From Ruminococcus albus 7 = DSM 20455 (GTDB lineage Bacteria; Bacillota; Clostridia; Oscillospirales; Ruminococcaceae): DNA of 32,000 bases. The stretch is taken from assembly GCF_000179635.2 (NCBI RefSeq), contig NC_014833.1, positions 3,330,001-3,362,000 of the forward strand, written 5' to 3'. Of this stretch, positions 1-9,335 are shown in pieces. Numbering within the stretch: position 1 is the stretch's first letter; each line of letters begins with the position of its first letter. The notes below the pieces were generated by a model that saw nothing but the letters and a program-made list of their open reading frames with translations, had not been told where the DNA came from and searched no databases. The translations under genes were made by a program, and so were the position numbers.

Positions 1-386
1 GTGCCGCTATTTGCTCTGAAAAATGCGCCGAGGAACTGGGACTTGAGATACTCAGGCACAGCGTTCAGAACGCTGCCGAGAATTATACAAAGTTCATACT
101 CATCTCTCACGAAACCTTCAAGGCGGATAATGCGGATACTATATCCGTGTGCCTTGCACTCCCCCACCAATCATCATCCCTTTACAGGCTGCTGACAAAA
201 TTCTCGGTGGCAGGGCTGAATATGACCATGATAGAAAGTATGCCCATAGCCAACACGGATTTTGATGTTATGTTCTACCTTGATTTCAAGGGCGATATCG
301 GCAAGAAGGAAGTTACCACACTGCTCAGCGAACTTTCACAGGAGCTAAGCTATTTTAAATTTCTCGGTAACTACAAGGAGGTATAA
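1..386 (+). CDS. pheA: Prephenate dehydratase, C-terminal part with ACT domain; the 5' end lies outside the window
   Basis: Frame 3 is open from the window edge to the TAA at 384-386. The translation (AAICSEKCAEELGLEILRHSVQNAAENYTKFILIS ... ISVCLALPHQSSSLYRLLTKFSVAGLNMTMIESMPI ... FYLDFKGD ... LGNY) matches the PDT C-terminus plus ACT regulatory domain pattern. Confidence 0.8.
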   Translation, partial: AAICSEKCAEELGLEILRHSVQNAAENYTKFILISHETFKADNADTISVCLALPHQSSSLYRLLTKFSVAGLNMTMIESMPIANTDFDVMFYLDFKGDIGKKEVTTLLSELSQELSYFKFLGNYKEV

Positions 387-389
387 GAT

Positions 390-863
390 ATGCGTATCGG
401 TCACGGATATGATGTACACAGGCTAACCGAAGGCAGAAAGCTGATACTGGGCGGAGTAGAGATACCCTATAAGTACGGTCTTGACGGTCATTCGGATGCT
501 GATGTTCTCGTGCACGCACTTATGGATGCCATTCTCGGTGCACTGGCACTTGGTGATATCGGTCAGCATTTTCCAGATACCGACCCTGAATACAAAGGCG
601 CCGACAGTATGAAACTGCTGGACAAGGTCATCGAATTTGTAGATGACAGCAACTATGTTTTCTCTAATGCCGATATGACTATATGCTGCCAGAACCCCAA
701 GCTTGCTCCTTACATAATGGATATGCGCAACAATATCGCCATGACTATCGGCTGTGATATCGACCAGATATCCATAAAAGCAACTACTGAGGAGAAACTC
801 GGTTTCACAGGTGAGGGACTGGGTATATCGGCTACAGCAGTGGTACTGCTGGAGGATCTCTGA
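390..863 (+). CDS. ispF: 2-C-methyl-D-erythritol 2,4-cyclodiphosphate synthase
   Basis: 157 aa starting [12 protein letters not shown], with [15 protein letters not shown] and the FTGEGLG tail typical of IspF. An AGGAGG RBS lies 7 nt upstream of the ATG. Confidence 0.95.
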   Translation: MRIGHGYDVHRLTEGRKLILGGVEIPYKYGLDGHSDADVLVHALMDAILGALALGDIGQHFPDTDPEYKGADSMKLLDKVIEFVDDSNYVFSNADMTICCQNPKLAPYIMDMRNNIAMTIGCDIDQISIKATTEEKLGFTGEGLGISATAVVLLEDL

Positions 864-1366
864 TGCATCTCAGACCGTACAAGCCCTGCGATGCTGAAAA
901 GATAGTCAGCTGGATAAAGGATGAAAGGTCATTCAGGCTGTGGTCATCGGACAGGTTCGGTGATTTCCCGCTGACAGCAGACGCACTTAACAGCTACTAC
1001 TCCGAATACAGGGACAATGACCGCCATCTGGAATTTACGGCATACGATGATAAGGGTATCTGCGGACACATGATAATGCGCTTTACCGATGTAGAAAGAA
1101 AAACAGTGCGTTTCGGGTTCGTCATAGTGGACAGCGAAAGGCGCGGACACGGGCTCGGCAAAAGTATGCTCGCTATGGCAGAAAATTACGCCTTTGATTT
1201 TCTCGGCGCTGAAAAGATAACTCTCGGGGTGTTTGAGAATAATCCCGCGGCACTGCACTGCTATCTCGCGGCAGGTTTCAGCATGATCGGTACTGAGGAC
1301 GGTTATTACAGCTTTCACGGCGAAGAATGGAAATGCACCGAAATGGAGCTTATCCATAAAGAATGA
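863..1366 (+). CDS. GNAT family N-acetyltransferase
   Basis: 167 aa. The ATG overlaps the ispF TGA. An acetyl-CoA binding motif (RRGHGLGKSML) is followed by NNPAALHCYLAAGF, as in GNAT folds. Confidence 0.8.
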   Translation: MHLRPYKPCDAEKIVSWIKDERSFRLWSSDRFGDFPLTADALNSYYSEYRDNDRHLEFTAYDDKGICGHMIMRFTDVERKTVRFGFVIVDSERRGHGLGKSMLAMAENYAFDFLGAEKITLGVFENNPAALHCYLAAGFSMIGTEDGYYSFHGEEWKCTEMELIHKE

Positions 1367-1381
1367 TATTATAGCTACAGA

Positions 1382-1418
1382 CTGACAAGGTGGAAATCTT
1401 CCCCCTGTCAGTTTTTTT
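1382..1418 (+). terminator. Rho-independent terminator after the GNAT gene
   Basis: Stem CTGACA(A)GG / CCCCTGTCAG followed by T7 (1412-1418). Confidence 0.7.
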
Positions 1419-1550
1419 AACGGCTGTTTTTATTGAAAAAAATTTTTTTCAAAAAAGTGTAACTATTAAGTGAGTTCTTCCGTCTAATATTATGTAAGGC
1501 AAAAACAATGACCCGGGTAAAATGAAAAATAAAAAACGGAGGAAATTACA

Positions 1551-2414
1551 ATGAAAACAAGAATTATCATCGCAGCCGCAATAGCAGCAGTTTCAATGGC
1601 AGCATTCACAGGATGCAGCGGAACATACTCAGTAGATGAAAAAACAGGTGCTGTGAACATCACCCCTGCAGAGGCATCAAATGAAAAGCAGGGTGCTCCG
1701 GCAGGTGATACAAAGATCAAGGAAGAGATCTCTGTTGAATCTTCATCGGCAACCGAATCCAAAGCAAAAGATAATAACGTTTCAAAGGCTGAGGACAACT
1801 CTGAGCCTGCTCAGGCTGAAGATTCTGTAAAGAATGATATGCCTGTTCAGTCACAGGCTGAAACAGCTACCGCGGTGAACAATGCACAGGAAAACAGTGT
1901 GGACATGGATACATCGGCACTTTATCAGTACGCGCTCACAGCAGTGGAAGTATTTAATAATGCAGGCTATAATGCCAGCGGACTTCAGGTAAGGTGGGCT
2001 CATGGAACCAGTGACGAGAATTTTGAACCCTGTGAAAGAACTCTCGGTTCGTTTAGATATTATGATTTAGGTGAGTATAGTGAAGATTACCTGCAGGAGG
2101 TAAGGGATAATCTCTACGGCGGATATCTGAGTGAGAACATTTGCAACACATATGGCTTGTACAAAGCAGAGAACGCTATAGTTGAACATGATGGACAATA
2201 TTATTTTGATTCTCACTATATGGGAACAGGCAATTATGATCTGTTTGAGTGTATCGAAGGCAGCGTCAATGTGATAGATGCTGATACCTATACTGTAGAT
2301 GCTATGCACAAGGACGGTATGAATATTTCAGGTGAGGGCAGAAAGTGCGTGATAACACTGAAGAAAGTAATCGGTACTGACAGCTGGCAGATAGACAGCG
2401 TTCAGGATCTGTAA
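1551..2414 (+). CDS. Putative lipoprotein of unknown function
   Basis: 287 aa. Signal peptide with lipobox AFTGC, then an acidic, Ser/Ala-rich low-complexity linker, then a Tyr/Gly/Asp-rich globular C-terminal domain. A GGAGG-like RBS (ACGGAGGAAA) lies upstream. Confidence 0.7.
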   Translation: MKTRIIIAAAIAAVSMAAFTGCSGTYSVDEKTGAVNITPAEASNEKQGAPAGDTKIKEEISVESSSATESKAKDNNVSKAEDNSEPAQAEDSVKNDMPVQSQAETATAVNNAQENSVDMDTSALYQYALTAVEVFNNAGYNASGLQVRWAHGTSDENFEPCERTLGSFRYYDLGEYSEDYLQEVRDNLYGGYLSENICNTYGLYKAENAIVEHDGQYYFDSHYMGTGNYDLFECIEGSVNVIDADTYTVDAMHKDGMNISGEGRKCVITLKKVIGTDSWQIDSVQDL

Positions 2415-2485
2415 TATAAAACGTTGAGCAGACGCGGAAACACAGCTGCTCAGTCTGTTGAAAAACCTATAATTAGATATAATCA

Positions 2486-2525
2486 AGTGGACGCCCTTTG
2501 TTACAGGACGTCCACTCTTTTATTA
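2486..2525 (+). terminator. Terminator hairpin after the lipoprotein gene
   Basis: Perfect 8-bp stem AGTGGACG / CGTCCACT followed by CTTTTATTA. Confidence 0.55.
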
Positions 2526-2603
2526 TAGATCTCCATTGTGGAGCGCACTCATTTGGATATCTTTCCGCAGCGGTGATCATCAGGATTTCTGCTGTAATTT
2601 CAG

Positions 2604-2638
2604 GCATAAAAACAGCCCGCAGAAAAATCTGCGGGCTG
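2604..2638 (-). terminator. Rho-independent terminator of the hydCBA operon
   Basis: Perfect 10-bp stem CAGCCCGCAG / CTGCGGGCTG (2613-2638). On the minus strand it is followed by TTTTTAT. It sits 15 nt after the hydA stop. Confidence 0.8.
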
Positions 2639-2652
2639 AACGTATTAGCATA

Positions 2653-4395
2653 TTAGTCCTGATACTTGCCTCTCTTAACGTAGGTAGTATGCAGATACTT
2701 GTGAGCGTTGTGAGCGCCGGGAGCTTCAAAGAATTCCTTGTACAGCATATCGCAAACAGGGCTCTCGTGAGACATTCTCAGCTTCATGCTGCTGTCTGCA
2801 TCGTACAGAGCCTTAGCTCTGATAGCCTTGAGGTCAACGAAGTTTCTAACTGCGTCGCTCTGAACAGGCTGACCGCCGCCGTTGATACAGCCGCCGGGAC
2901 AAGCCATGATCTCAACGAACTGGTAATCTCTCTCGCCGGAGAGTATGCCGTCGATGATCTCTCTTGCGTTAGCAAGACCGGAAGCAACTGCTACCTTTAC
3001 GGTAACGCCGCCTACTGTGTAGGTAGCTTCCTTCAGACCCTTTGTACCTCTTACATCGTGGAACTCCAGAGGCTCGCACTTGCCGTCCAGCTTAACAGCT
3101 GCGGTTCTGAGAGCAGCCTCCATAACGCCGCCTGTTGCGCCGAAGATAGCGCCTGCACCGGAAGCGATCTCGAAAGGATCGTCAAACTTCTCGTCAGGCA
3201 GAGCATTGAAGTCGATACCAGCTTCTCTGATCATTCTGCCCAGCTCACGGGTCGTGAGTGCAACATCAACGTCATCATAATCGCCGTTTCTCTGCTCTTC
3301 TCTTGTTACCTCGAACTTCTTAGCAGTACAAGGGATAACGCTGACTACGAACAGGTTCTTGGGATCGATGCCGTTCTTCTGGCAGTAGTAGCTCTTGAGC
3401 AGTGCGCCGAACATCTGCTGAGGAGACTTGCAGCTCGACAGATGAGGCAGGAAATCAGGATAGAAGTGCTCACAGAACTTTACCCAACCGGGGCAGCAAG
3501 AGGTGAACATAGGCAGAGTGCCCTTGTTCTGGATCCTCTCGATCAGCTCGTTAGCTTCTTCCATGATCGTGAGGTCGGCAGTAACGTCCATGTTGAAGAT
3601 GTTAACGTCGCCCAGTCTTCTGATAGCAGCGACCATCTTGCCCTCAACGTTAGTACCAACAGGGTTGCCGAACTCTTCGCCCAGAGTAGCTCTGATAGAA
3701 GGAGCGGTGAAGAATACGACCTTCTTCTCGGGATCTGCGATAGCGTCCCAAACTTTCTTCTCGCTGCTCTTCTCGGTAAGAGCGCCTACAGGACATGATA
3801 CGATACACTGACCGCAGCCTACGCAAGCGGTAGATGCCAAAGGCATATCGAATGCGGAACCAACGTGAACGTTGAAACCTCTTCTGATGTTGCCGATAAC
3901 GGAAACGCTCTGTACATTCTTACAAGCAGCAACGCATCTCATACACTGTATGCACTTGTTGTTATCTCTTACGAGGAAAGGAGTGGAGTCGTCGATAGGC
4001 TTGTTCATTTCCTCGGGCATGAATCTGTCCTCATCTGCGCCGTAAGCAACGCTGAGCTTCTGCAGCTCACAGTTGTTAGCTCTTACGCAGGACAGACACT
4101 TCTTCTTGTGGTTTGAAAGGAGAAGTTCCAGAGTAGTCTTTCTGGACTTTCTAACCTTAGGAGTATTTGTGAATACCTCCATGCCCTCTGCTGCAGGATG
4201 TGTACAAGCAGCAACAAGACCTCTTGCGCCTGTGATCTCAACTACACAGATACGGCAAGCGCCGATGCAGTTAACGTCCTTCAGGTAGCAGAGTGTAGGT
4301 ATATCAACATTAGCAGCCTTAGCAGCTTCGAGAACGGTAGAACCTGCGGGAACTTCAACAGGTATGCCGTTTATTTTAAGATGAATCATTTCCAT
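2653..4395 (-). CDS. hydA: [FeFe] hydrogenase catalytic subunit (HydA/HndD type of trimeric NAD(P)- and ferredoxin-linked hydrogenases)
   Basis: 580 aa. N-terminal 2Fe-2S ferredoxin-like fold (CYLKDVNCIGACRIC) and several Cys clusters. H-cluster motifs are present: TSCCPGW, IPCTAKKFE and EIMACPGGCINGGGQP. A small-subunit-like C-terminal tail follows. GAGGAGG RBS. Confidence 0.95.
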   Translation of the reverse strand: MEMIHLKINGIPVEVPAGSTVLEAAKAANVDIPTLCYLKDVNCIGACRICVVEITGARGLVAACTHPAAEGMEVFTNTPKVRKSRKTTLELLLSNHKKKCLSCVRANNCELQKLSVAYGADEDRFMPEEMNKPIDDSTPFLVRDNNKCIQCMRCVAACKNVQSVSVIGNIRRGFNVHVGSAFDMPLASTACVGCGQCIVSCPVGALTEKSSEKKVWDAIADPEKKVVFFTAPSIRATLGEEFGNPVGTNVEGKMVAAIRRLGDVNIFNMDVTADLTIMEEANELIERIQNKGTLPMFTSCCPGWVKFCEHFYPDFLPHLSSCKSPQQMFGALLKSYYCQKNGIDPKNLFVVSVIPCTAKKFEVTREEQRNGDYDDVDVALTTRELGRMIREAGIDFNALPDEKFDDPFEIASGAGAIFGATGGVMEAALRTAAVKLDGKCEPLEFHDVRGTKGLKEATYTVGGVTVKVAVASGLANAREIIDGILSGERDYQFVEIMACPGGCINGGGQPVQSDAVRNFVDLKAIRAKALYDADSSMKLRMSHESPVCDMLYKEFFEAPGAHNAHKYLHTTYVKRGKYQD

Positions 4396-4412
4396 AGTTC
4401 TATACCCTCCTC

Positions 4413-6305
4413 TTACTTCTTGATGATAGCGCCGAACTTACAGTTGTTCATGCAGACACCGCACTTGATACACTTGGTTGTATCAATAACGTGAGGATTC
4501 TTGACAGTACCTGTAATAGCGTTTGCGGGACAGTTTCTAGCGCAGAGCGTACAGCCCTTGCACTTGTCAGCGATGATCTCATACTGGAGCAGGTTCTTGC
4601 AGACGCCTGCAGGACATTTCTTCTCCTTGATGTGTGCGAGATACTCGTCGCCGAAATACTGAAGTGTGGAGAGTACAGGGTTAGGAGCAGACTGACCCAG
4701 TGCGCACAGTGAAGAAGACTTCATGTGTGTAGCCAGATCCTGGATCTTCTCCAGATCCTCCATCTCGCCCTTGCCGTCAGTGATCTTCTCCAGCAGCTGG
4801 AGGAGCTTTCTTGTACCAACACGGCAGGGAGTACACTTACCGCAGCTCTCATCAACAGTGAAGTTGAGGTAGAACTTGGATACATCGACCATACAGTTGT
4901 CCTCGTCCATAACGATAAGTCCGCCTGAACCCATCATGGAGCCCAGAGCAGCGAGGCTCTCGTAGTCGATAGGAGTATCTATATGCTGTGCAGGGATACA
5001 TCCGCCGGAAGGACCACCTGTCTGCGCAGCCTTGAATGCCTTGCCATCGGGGATACCGCCGCCGATCTCTTCGATGATCTCACGGAGAGTTGTACCCATA
5101 GGTATCTCAACCAGACCAACGTTGGTGATCTTGCCGCCCAGAGCGAATACCTTAGTACCCTTGGACTTCTCAGTACCCATAGCAGAGTACCAAGCAGCAC
5201 CCTTTCTGATGATCTGTGCGATGTTAGCGTATGTCTCAACGTTGTTCAGCAGAGTAGGCTTGCCGAACAGACCCTTAACAGCAGGGAAAGGAGGTCTCGG
5301 ACGAGGCTCACCTCTGTTACCCTCGATAGAGGTCAGCAGAGCAGTCTCTTCGCCGCATACGAACGCACCTGCACCCAGTCTGATCTCGATATCGAAATCG
5401 TGGCCTGTGCCAAGGATGTTCTTGCCAAGCAGACCGTACTCTCTTGCCTGATCCAGAGCGATCTGGAGTCTGTTAACAGCAACAGGGTACTCAGCTCTTA
5501 CGTATACATAACCCTGATGAGCGCCTACAGCGTAGGAAGCTATTGTCATAGCCTCGATAACAGCGTGGGGGTCACCCTCGAGGATAGATCTGTCCATGAA
5601 TGCGCCGGGGTCGCCCTCGTCTGCGTTACAAGCAACGTACTTTACATCGCCGGGAGCGTCCTTTGTGAACATCCACTTTCTGCCGGTGGGGAAGCCTGCA
5701 CCGCCGCGTCCTCTGATACCGGAATCGAGAACTTCCTTAACTACCTCATCGGGAGTCATGGAGGTCAGTGCCTTATACAGTGCCTGATAACCGTCGGTAG
5801 CGATATACTCCTCGATATCCTCGGGGTCGATAACGCCGCAGTTTCTCAGTGCGATTCTCTTCTGCTTTCTGTAGAAGTTTGTCTCATACAGAGATATGAT
5901 GGAACCGTCCTCGTGAACAGTCTCCTGATACAGCAGATCCTTGCAGATCTCACCGTTCACGAGATGCTCGTCAACGATCCTCTTGATGCCCTCGGGAGTA
6001 GCCTGTGCATAGAAAGCACCCTCAGGGTAAACGATAACAATGGGTCCGAGTGAGCAAAGGCCGAAGCATCCTGTTCTTACTACAAGTACTTCATCAGCTA
6101 TGCCCTTAGCAGCCAGCTCTTCCTTCAGTGCCTTCAGCACGTCCATGGAATGAGAGGACTGGCAGCCTGTACCGCCACAGACAAGTACCTGCTTGCGGTA
6201 GCCTGTTTCCTTAGCGAGCTTTTCGCCCTCCTCGGCAATTATTGTCCTGACTTTAACGATATCCGCTTTAGCGGCTTTGATCTTATTCAGTTCTTCGATG
6301 GTCAT
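4413..6305 (-). CDS. hydB: NuoF-like flavoprotein subunit of the hydrogenase (HydB/HndC)
   Basis: 630 aa. N-terminal thioredoxin-like 2Fe-2S domain. NADH/FMN-binding core (GRGGAGFPTGRKW, CNADEGDPGAF) and ESCGKCTPCR 4Fe-4S motif. Two C-terminal ferredoxin CxxCxxCxxxCP motifs. AAGGAGG RBS. Confidence 0.95.
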   Translation of the reverse strand: MTIEELNKIKAAKADIVKVRTIIAEEGEKLAKETGYRKQVLVCGGTGCQSSHSMDVLKALKEELAAKGIADEVLVVRTGCFGLCSLGPIVIVYPEGAFYAQATPEGIKRIVDEHLVNGEICKDLLYQETVHEDGSIISLYETNFYRKQKRIALRNCGVIDPEDIEEYIATDGYQALYKALTSMTPDEVVKEVLDSGIRGRGGAGFPTGRKWMFTKDAPGDVKYVACNADEGDPGAFMDRSILEGDPHAVIEAMTIASYAVGAHQGYVYVRAEYPVAVNRLQIALDQAREYGLLGKNILGTGHDFDIEIRLGAGAFVCGEETALLTSIEGNRGEPRPRPPFPAVKGLFGKPTLLNNVETYANIAQIIRKGAAWYSAMGTEKSKGTKVFALGGKITNVGLVEIPMGTTLREIIEEIGGGIPDGKAFKAAQTGGPSGGCIPAQHIDTPIDYESLAALGSMMGSGGLIVMDEDNCMVDVSKFYLNFTVDESCGKCTPCRVGTRKLLQLLEKITDGKGEMEDLEKIQDLATHMKSSSLCALGQSAPNPVLSTLQYFGDEYLAHIKEKKCPAGVCKNLLQYEIIADKCKGCTLCARNCPANAITGTVKNPHVIDTTKCIKCGVCMNNCKFGAIIKK

Positions 6306-6319
6306 ACTGCCTTACCTCC

Positions 6320-6811
6320 TTACTTGTAGCTATCCAGGATCTTTGCGACCTGTTCGGGTTTCAGCTTGCCGTAAACGTCCTCATCTACCAGCATTACGGG
6401 AGCCAGACCGCACGCACCTACGCAGCGGCAGGAATCGATAGAGAACATACCATCAGCAGTGCACTCACCGCTCTTGATGCCAAGCTTTGCCTCAACAGCC
6501 TCCAGTATTTTATCGGAGCCCTTAACATAGCAGGCAGTACCGAGACAGACACTGATCCTGTGCTTGCCCTTGGGGGTAAGTGAGAACTGGCTGTAGAACG
6601 TAGCAACGCCGAATACCTCCGACAGTGATACGCCCAGTCCGTCAGCGATCATCTTCTGGACCTCGATAGGAAGATAGCCGTAGATCCCCTGAGCCTCCTG
6701 CAATGTAGGCATCAGTCCACCGGGCTGGTCATGGTGCTTTGCAATGACTTCCTTAAGCTGTGCCTCCTGCTCAGGAGTACCCTGAAAAGGAATAACGGTT
6801 TTCTCAGTCAT
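6320..6811 (-). CDS. hydC: NuoE-like 2Fe-2S subunit of the hydrogenase (HydC/HndA)
   Basis: 163 aa. It carries the VCLGTACYVKG ... CRCVGACGLAPV thioredoxin-like [2Fe-2S] pattern. AAGGAGG RBS. It is the first gene of the hydC-hydB-hydA unit, with intergenic gaps of 14 and 17 nt. Confidence 0.9.
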   Translation of the reverse strand: MTEKTVIPFQGTPEQEAQLKEVIAKHHDQPGGLMPTLQEAQGIYGYLPIEVQKMIADGLGVSLSEVFGVATFYSQFSLTPKGKHRISVCLGTACYVKGSDKILEAVEAKLGIKSGECTADGMFSIDSCRCVGACGLAPVMLVDEDVYGKLKPEQVAKILDSYK

Positions 6812-6946
6812 AAAATAACCTCCTTAATTGATTTTGCATAACAAAATATACTGATCATGCGCTGTACATTTATTTTTGGGTATAGGGGATATAAGTGCGT
6901 ATATGCCCCTTTTATCAACGTGCAGCCAACATTATTATTATACATT

Positions 6947-6975
6947 ATTTCGACACCCTTTTCAAGCATTTTAGA
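6947..6975 (-). promoter_or_regulatory. Candidate sigma-A promoter of hydCBA
   Basis: On the minus strand, TTGAAA (6970-6975), a 17-nt spacer, then TATAAT (6947-6952). This implies a leader of about 130 nt that contains the hairpin at 6884-6910. Confidence 0.45.
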
Positions 6976-7326
6976 AAAATTAATACACAAACTTGACTGC
7001 ATTTTTTTATGCATTTTTACGCAAAATGTTCGGTTAGTTGTATTTAATTCGGTTAGTTTTACCTAACATTGCGATAATCCTGCATTTTTCCGACCTCCTG
7101 ATTAAGTGTGTTCTGAAATGTCCTATGTGTTTTTTTATATGACTTCAGACTCTTGCAGGATTTCTTTCATTTCATTAACAATCCCAGTTATGAATAAAAT
7201 ATGTCAATTGGCTAAATGCACAAAATAATTTGACCAATTTTGTGAAAGATTTTTCGTAATTTTTGTATACAAAACACAAAAAATATGCTATAATATAATC
7301 AGTCCAAAGGAAGGGAGCGATGTTCT

Positions 7327-7956
7327 ATGAAGTCTATCATAACCATCAGCCGTGAATTCGGCAGCGGCGGCAGAGAGATCGGCAGAACTCTGGCAAAAGA
7401 ACTTGATATACCGTTTTATGACAAAGAACTTCTGGAAATGGCTTCCAAGGAAAGCGGGATATGTGAGGAGCTTTTCGTCAAAAACGATGAGAGCTATACC
7501 AACAGTTTCCTGTTCTCCCTTGTTATGGGCAGCTATCCGGTATCACCCGACGGCAGGATAAATCCCGATCTTCCACTGAATCACAAGATATTTCTTGCTC
7601 AGTTCGATACTATAAGAAAGCTGGGAGATAAAGGTCCCTGTGTAATAGTCGGCAGATGTGCAGATTACGTGCTGAAGGATCACCCCAATGTCATAAACTT
7701 CTTCCTGACAGGGGAATTAGCCGATAAAAAGGCAAGGATACTCGGCAGATACGATATTGAAAAGGACAAGGTGGAGGACTTCATAAAGAAGACCGATAAA
7801 CGCCGTGCTTCCTACTACAATTATTATACCGACCAGAAGTGGGGCGCAGCGCCCAACTACGACCTTTGTATCAACACGTCCAAGACGGGCATACAAGGTG
7901 CGGTAAAACTCATGAAGGAGTATATCCCCATCAAAGAGGGATTCAGATCCGAGTGA
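7327..7956 (+). CDS. Cytidylate kinase-like family protein (P-loop NTPase-like)
   Basis: 209 aa. The N-terminus ITISREFGSGGREIGRTLAKELDIPFYDKELL is typical of the cytidylate-kinase-2-like family. GGAAGGGAG RBS. Confidence 0.75.
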   Translation: MKSIITISREFGSGGREIGRTLAKELDIPFYDKELLEMASKESGICEELFVKNDESYTNSFLFSLVMGSYPVSPDGRINPDLPLNHKIFLAQFDTIRKLGDKGPCVIVGRCADYVLKDHPNVINFFLTGELADKKARILGRYDIEKDKVEDFIKKTDKRRASYYNYYTDQKWGAAPNYDLCINTSKTGIQGAVKLMKEYIPIKEGFRSE

Positions 7957-8014
7957 GTTCATTAAATAATGACATTCATGTTTTTAATTCATTTTACTTT
8001 CCTTACTACAAAGA

Positions 8015-8050
8015 GACACCGAGCCGGGAGGTCGGTGTCTTTTTGTTTTT
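8015..8050 (+). terminator. Rho-independent terminator between convergent genes
   Basis: Stem GACACCGA / TCGGTGTC followed by TTTTTGTTTTT. It lies between convergent genes, so it may also serve the minus-strand gene. Confidence 0.75.
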
Positions 8051-8052
8051 GC

Positions 8053-8742
8053 TTATTTTGCTTTCAGCTGTCCTCTTTCATGCACCTTCAGATGATGAGT
8101 ATCGTTAAAAGCACATATCCTGAAATTCGCCTTGCCGCCGTATCTGTCATCGGTGCAAAGCTCCGTTACCGCCGTCATGTCCGCGTTGAATCCCTGCCAT
8201 ACTATCATCGGTGATATATTCAGCAGATGCGCCGTTACCGCACACATCGCCCCGAAATGACAGAACATCGCTATAGTGTCATCACACTTGCGCTCCACCT
8301 CGTAATGTCTGCCTTTTCGTATAAGCCCGTACTTAGCAAGAACTTCGTCCACTCCTGCATCCACAGCTTTTATCCGCTCCCCCATGCCTGCCGCTTTCAT
8401 GGCAGGGTGCTCATACCAGCCGTCCTTTTCATACAATCCCGGTATCTCCGTCCAGTAATCCGGCGGCACATCCCAGACCGTTTCTTTCCTGCCGCTCTCG
8501 GGATTTTCCCACATAAGGTCGAACTCATGCAGCCAATCACATACCACTGCCCGCTTTCCGTGAAATTTTCTAAGCGTTATATCGCAGGTCTCCCGCGCCC
8601 TGCCCATAGGCGAAACATAAAATTCCTTTATGTCCTCCCCTGCCAGCCTTTCCGCCAGCAGACCTGCCTGTTCAATGCCCTTCTCTGTAAGACAGTCCTT
8701 AACGTAATCAGGCTCTCCGTGTCTGAGTATAAGTATCCTCAT
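8053..8742 (-). CDS. Histidine phosphatase family protein (phosphoglycerate-mutase-like)
   Basis: Catalytic RHGE motif (MRILILRHGEPDY). I prefer the second ATG (8742) because GGAGGA lies directly upstream of it. The first ATG of the tracked ORF (8754) lacks an RBS. Confidence 0.8.
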   Translation of the reverse strand: MRILILRHGEPDYVKDCLTEKGIEQAGLLAERLAGEDIKEFYVSPMGRARETCDITLRKFHGKRAVVCDWLHEFDLMWENPESGRKETVWDVPPDYWTEIPGLYEKDGWYEHPAMKAAGMGERIKAVDAGVDEVLAKYGLIRKGRHYEVERKCDDTIAMFCHFGAMCAVTAHLLNISPMIVWQGFNADMTAVTELCTDDRYGGKANFRICAFNDTHHLKVHERGQLKAK

Positions 8743-8842
8743 GTTTTCCTCCATATGGTGTGTTTTCCGTTTTTTCTTTTCTGATGAGAATTATAAGCGA
8801 TACCACGAACATCACTGCATACGCCGCAGATACGTTTGTCCT

Positions 8843-9316
8843 TCAGCACTCCCATACCATTATATACTCCTCTTCATTTTCATCTGCTATTTTAAAGCCG
8901 ACTTTCCTGTACATCTTAACTGCGTAATTCGCTTTCTGCACCGCCAGCGATGCTCTTGAAAATCCTGCATTTTTCAGGACTTCAAGCATCTTCATCATAA
9001 GTTCGGTGCCCATGCCCTGTCCGCGGTACTCCTTGTACAGCGATATCGCAAAGGAGGGTGTTTCATCATCGATATGACCGTAATCATCCATTATCCTCGT
9101 CCATACTGCCCCGACTATCCTGCCGTCACATTCGGCGCACAGCGCAAAGTCGCCCCTGCGTGTTCCGAAGTTTTCAACATATACCTGCAATTCGGGGCGC
9201 TTGATTATATCCTTAGAAGGCGGTTCTACCCCCTCAGTTATAAATATCGCCTCATACAGAAAATCTTCAAGGACAGTATATTCGCTTTTTTCAAGAGTTC
9301 TGATCTTGTATGCCAT
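8843..9316 (-). CDS. GNAT family N-acetyltransferase
   Basis: 157 aa with YRGQGMGTELM (Q/RxxGxG/A acetyl-CoA motif) and NYAVKMYRKVGF. GGAGG RBS. Confidence 0.85.
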   Translation of the reverse strand: MAYKIRTLEKSEYTVLEDFLYEAIFITEGVEPPSKDIIKRPELQVYVENFGTRRGDFALCAECDGRIVGAVWTRIMDDYGHIDDETPSFAISLYKEYRGQGMGTELMMKMLEVLKNAGFSRASLAVQKANYAVKMYRKVGFKIADENEEEYIMVWEC

Positions 9317-9335
9317 CGTACCTCCGCATAGTTTT

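Noticed and set aside
1433-1452. Perfect 20-bp palindrome TTGAAAAAAATTTTTTTCAA upstream of the lipoprotein gene
   Set aside because: It is composed almost entirely of A and T runs. Such sequences arise easily in A+T-rich spacers and form negligible secondary structure. It may simply be part of an UP-element or -35 region.
2536-3798. 420-aa plus-strand ORF
   Set aside because: It lies entirely antisense to hydA, whose product has unmistakable H-cluster motifs. The translation is low-complexity (Ser/Leu/Ala/Val-rich) with no recognisable domain and no RBS. It is a typical shadow ORF of a codon-biased gene.
4983-6053. 356-aa plus-strand ORF and neighbouring 60-140-aa ORFs
   Set aside because: They are antisense to hydB (NuoF-like, with clear FMN, NADH and Fe-S motifs). 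There is no RBS and no domain signature. These are shadow ORFs.
7164-7260. Rex-type operator near the hydrogenase promoter (TTAACAA at 7175-7181; TTGTGAA at about 7241)
   Set aside because: Only half-sites are present. The partner halves match 3 of 7 positions, or match 5 of 7 only at the wrong spacing. There is no convincing TTGTTAA-N4-TTAACAA or TTGTGAA-N4-TTCACAA dyad.
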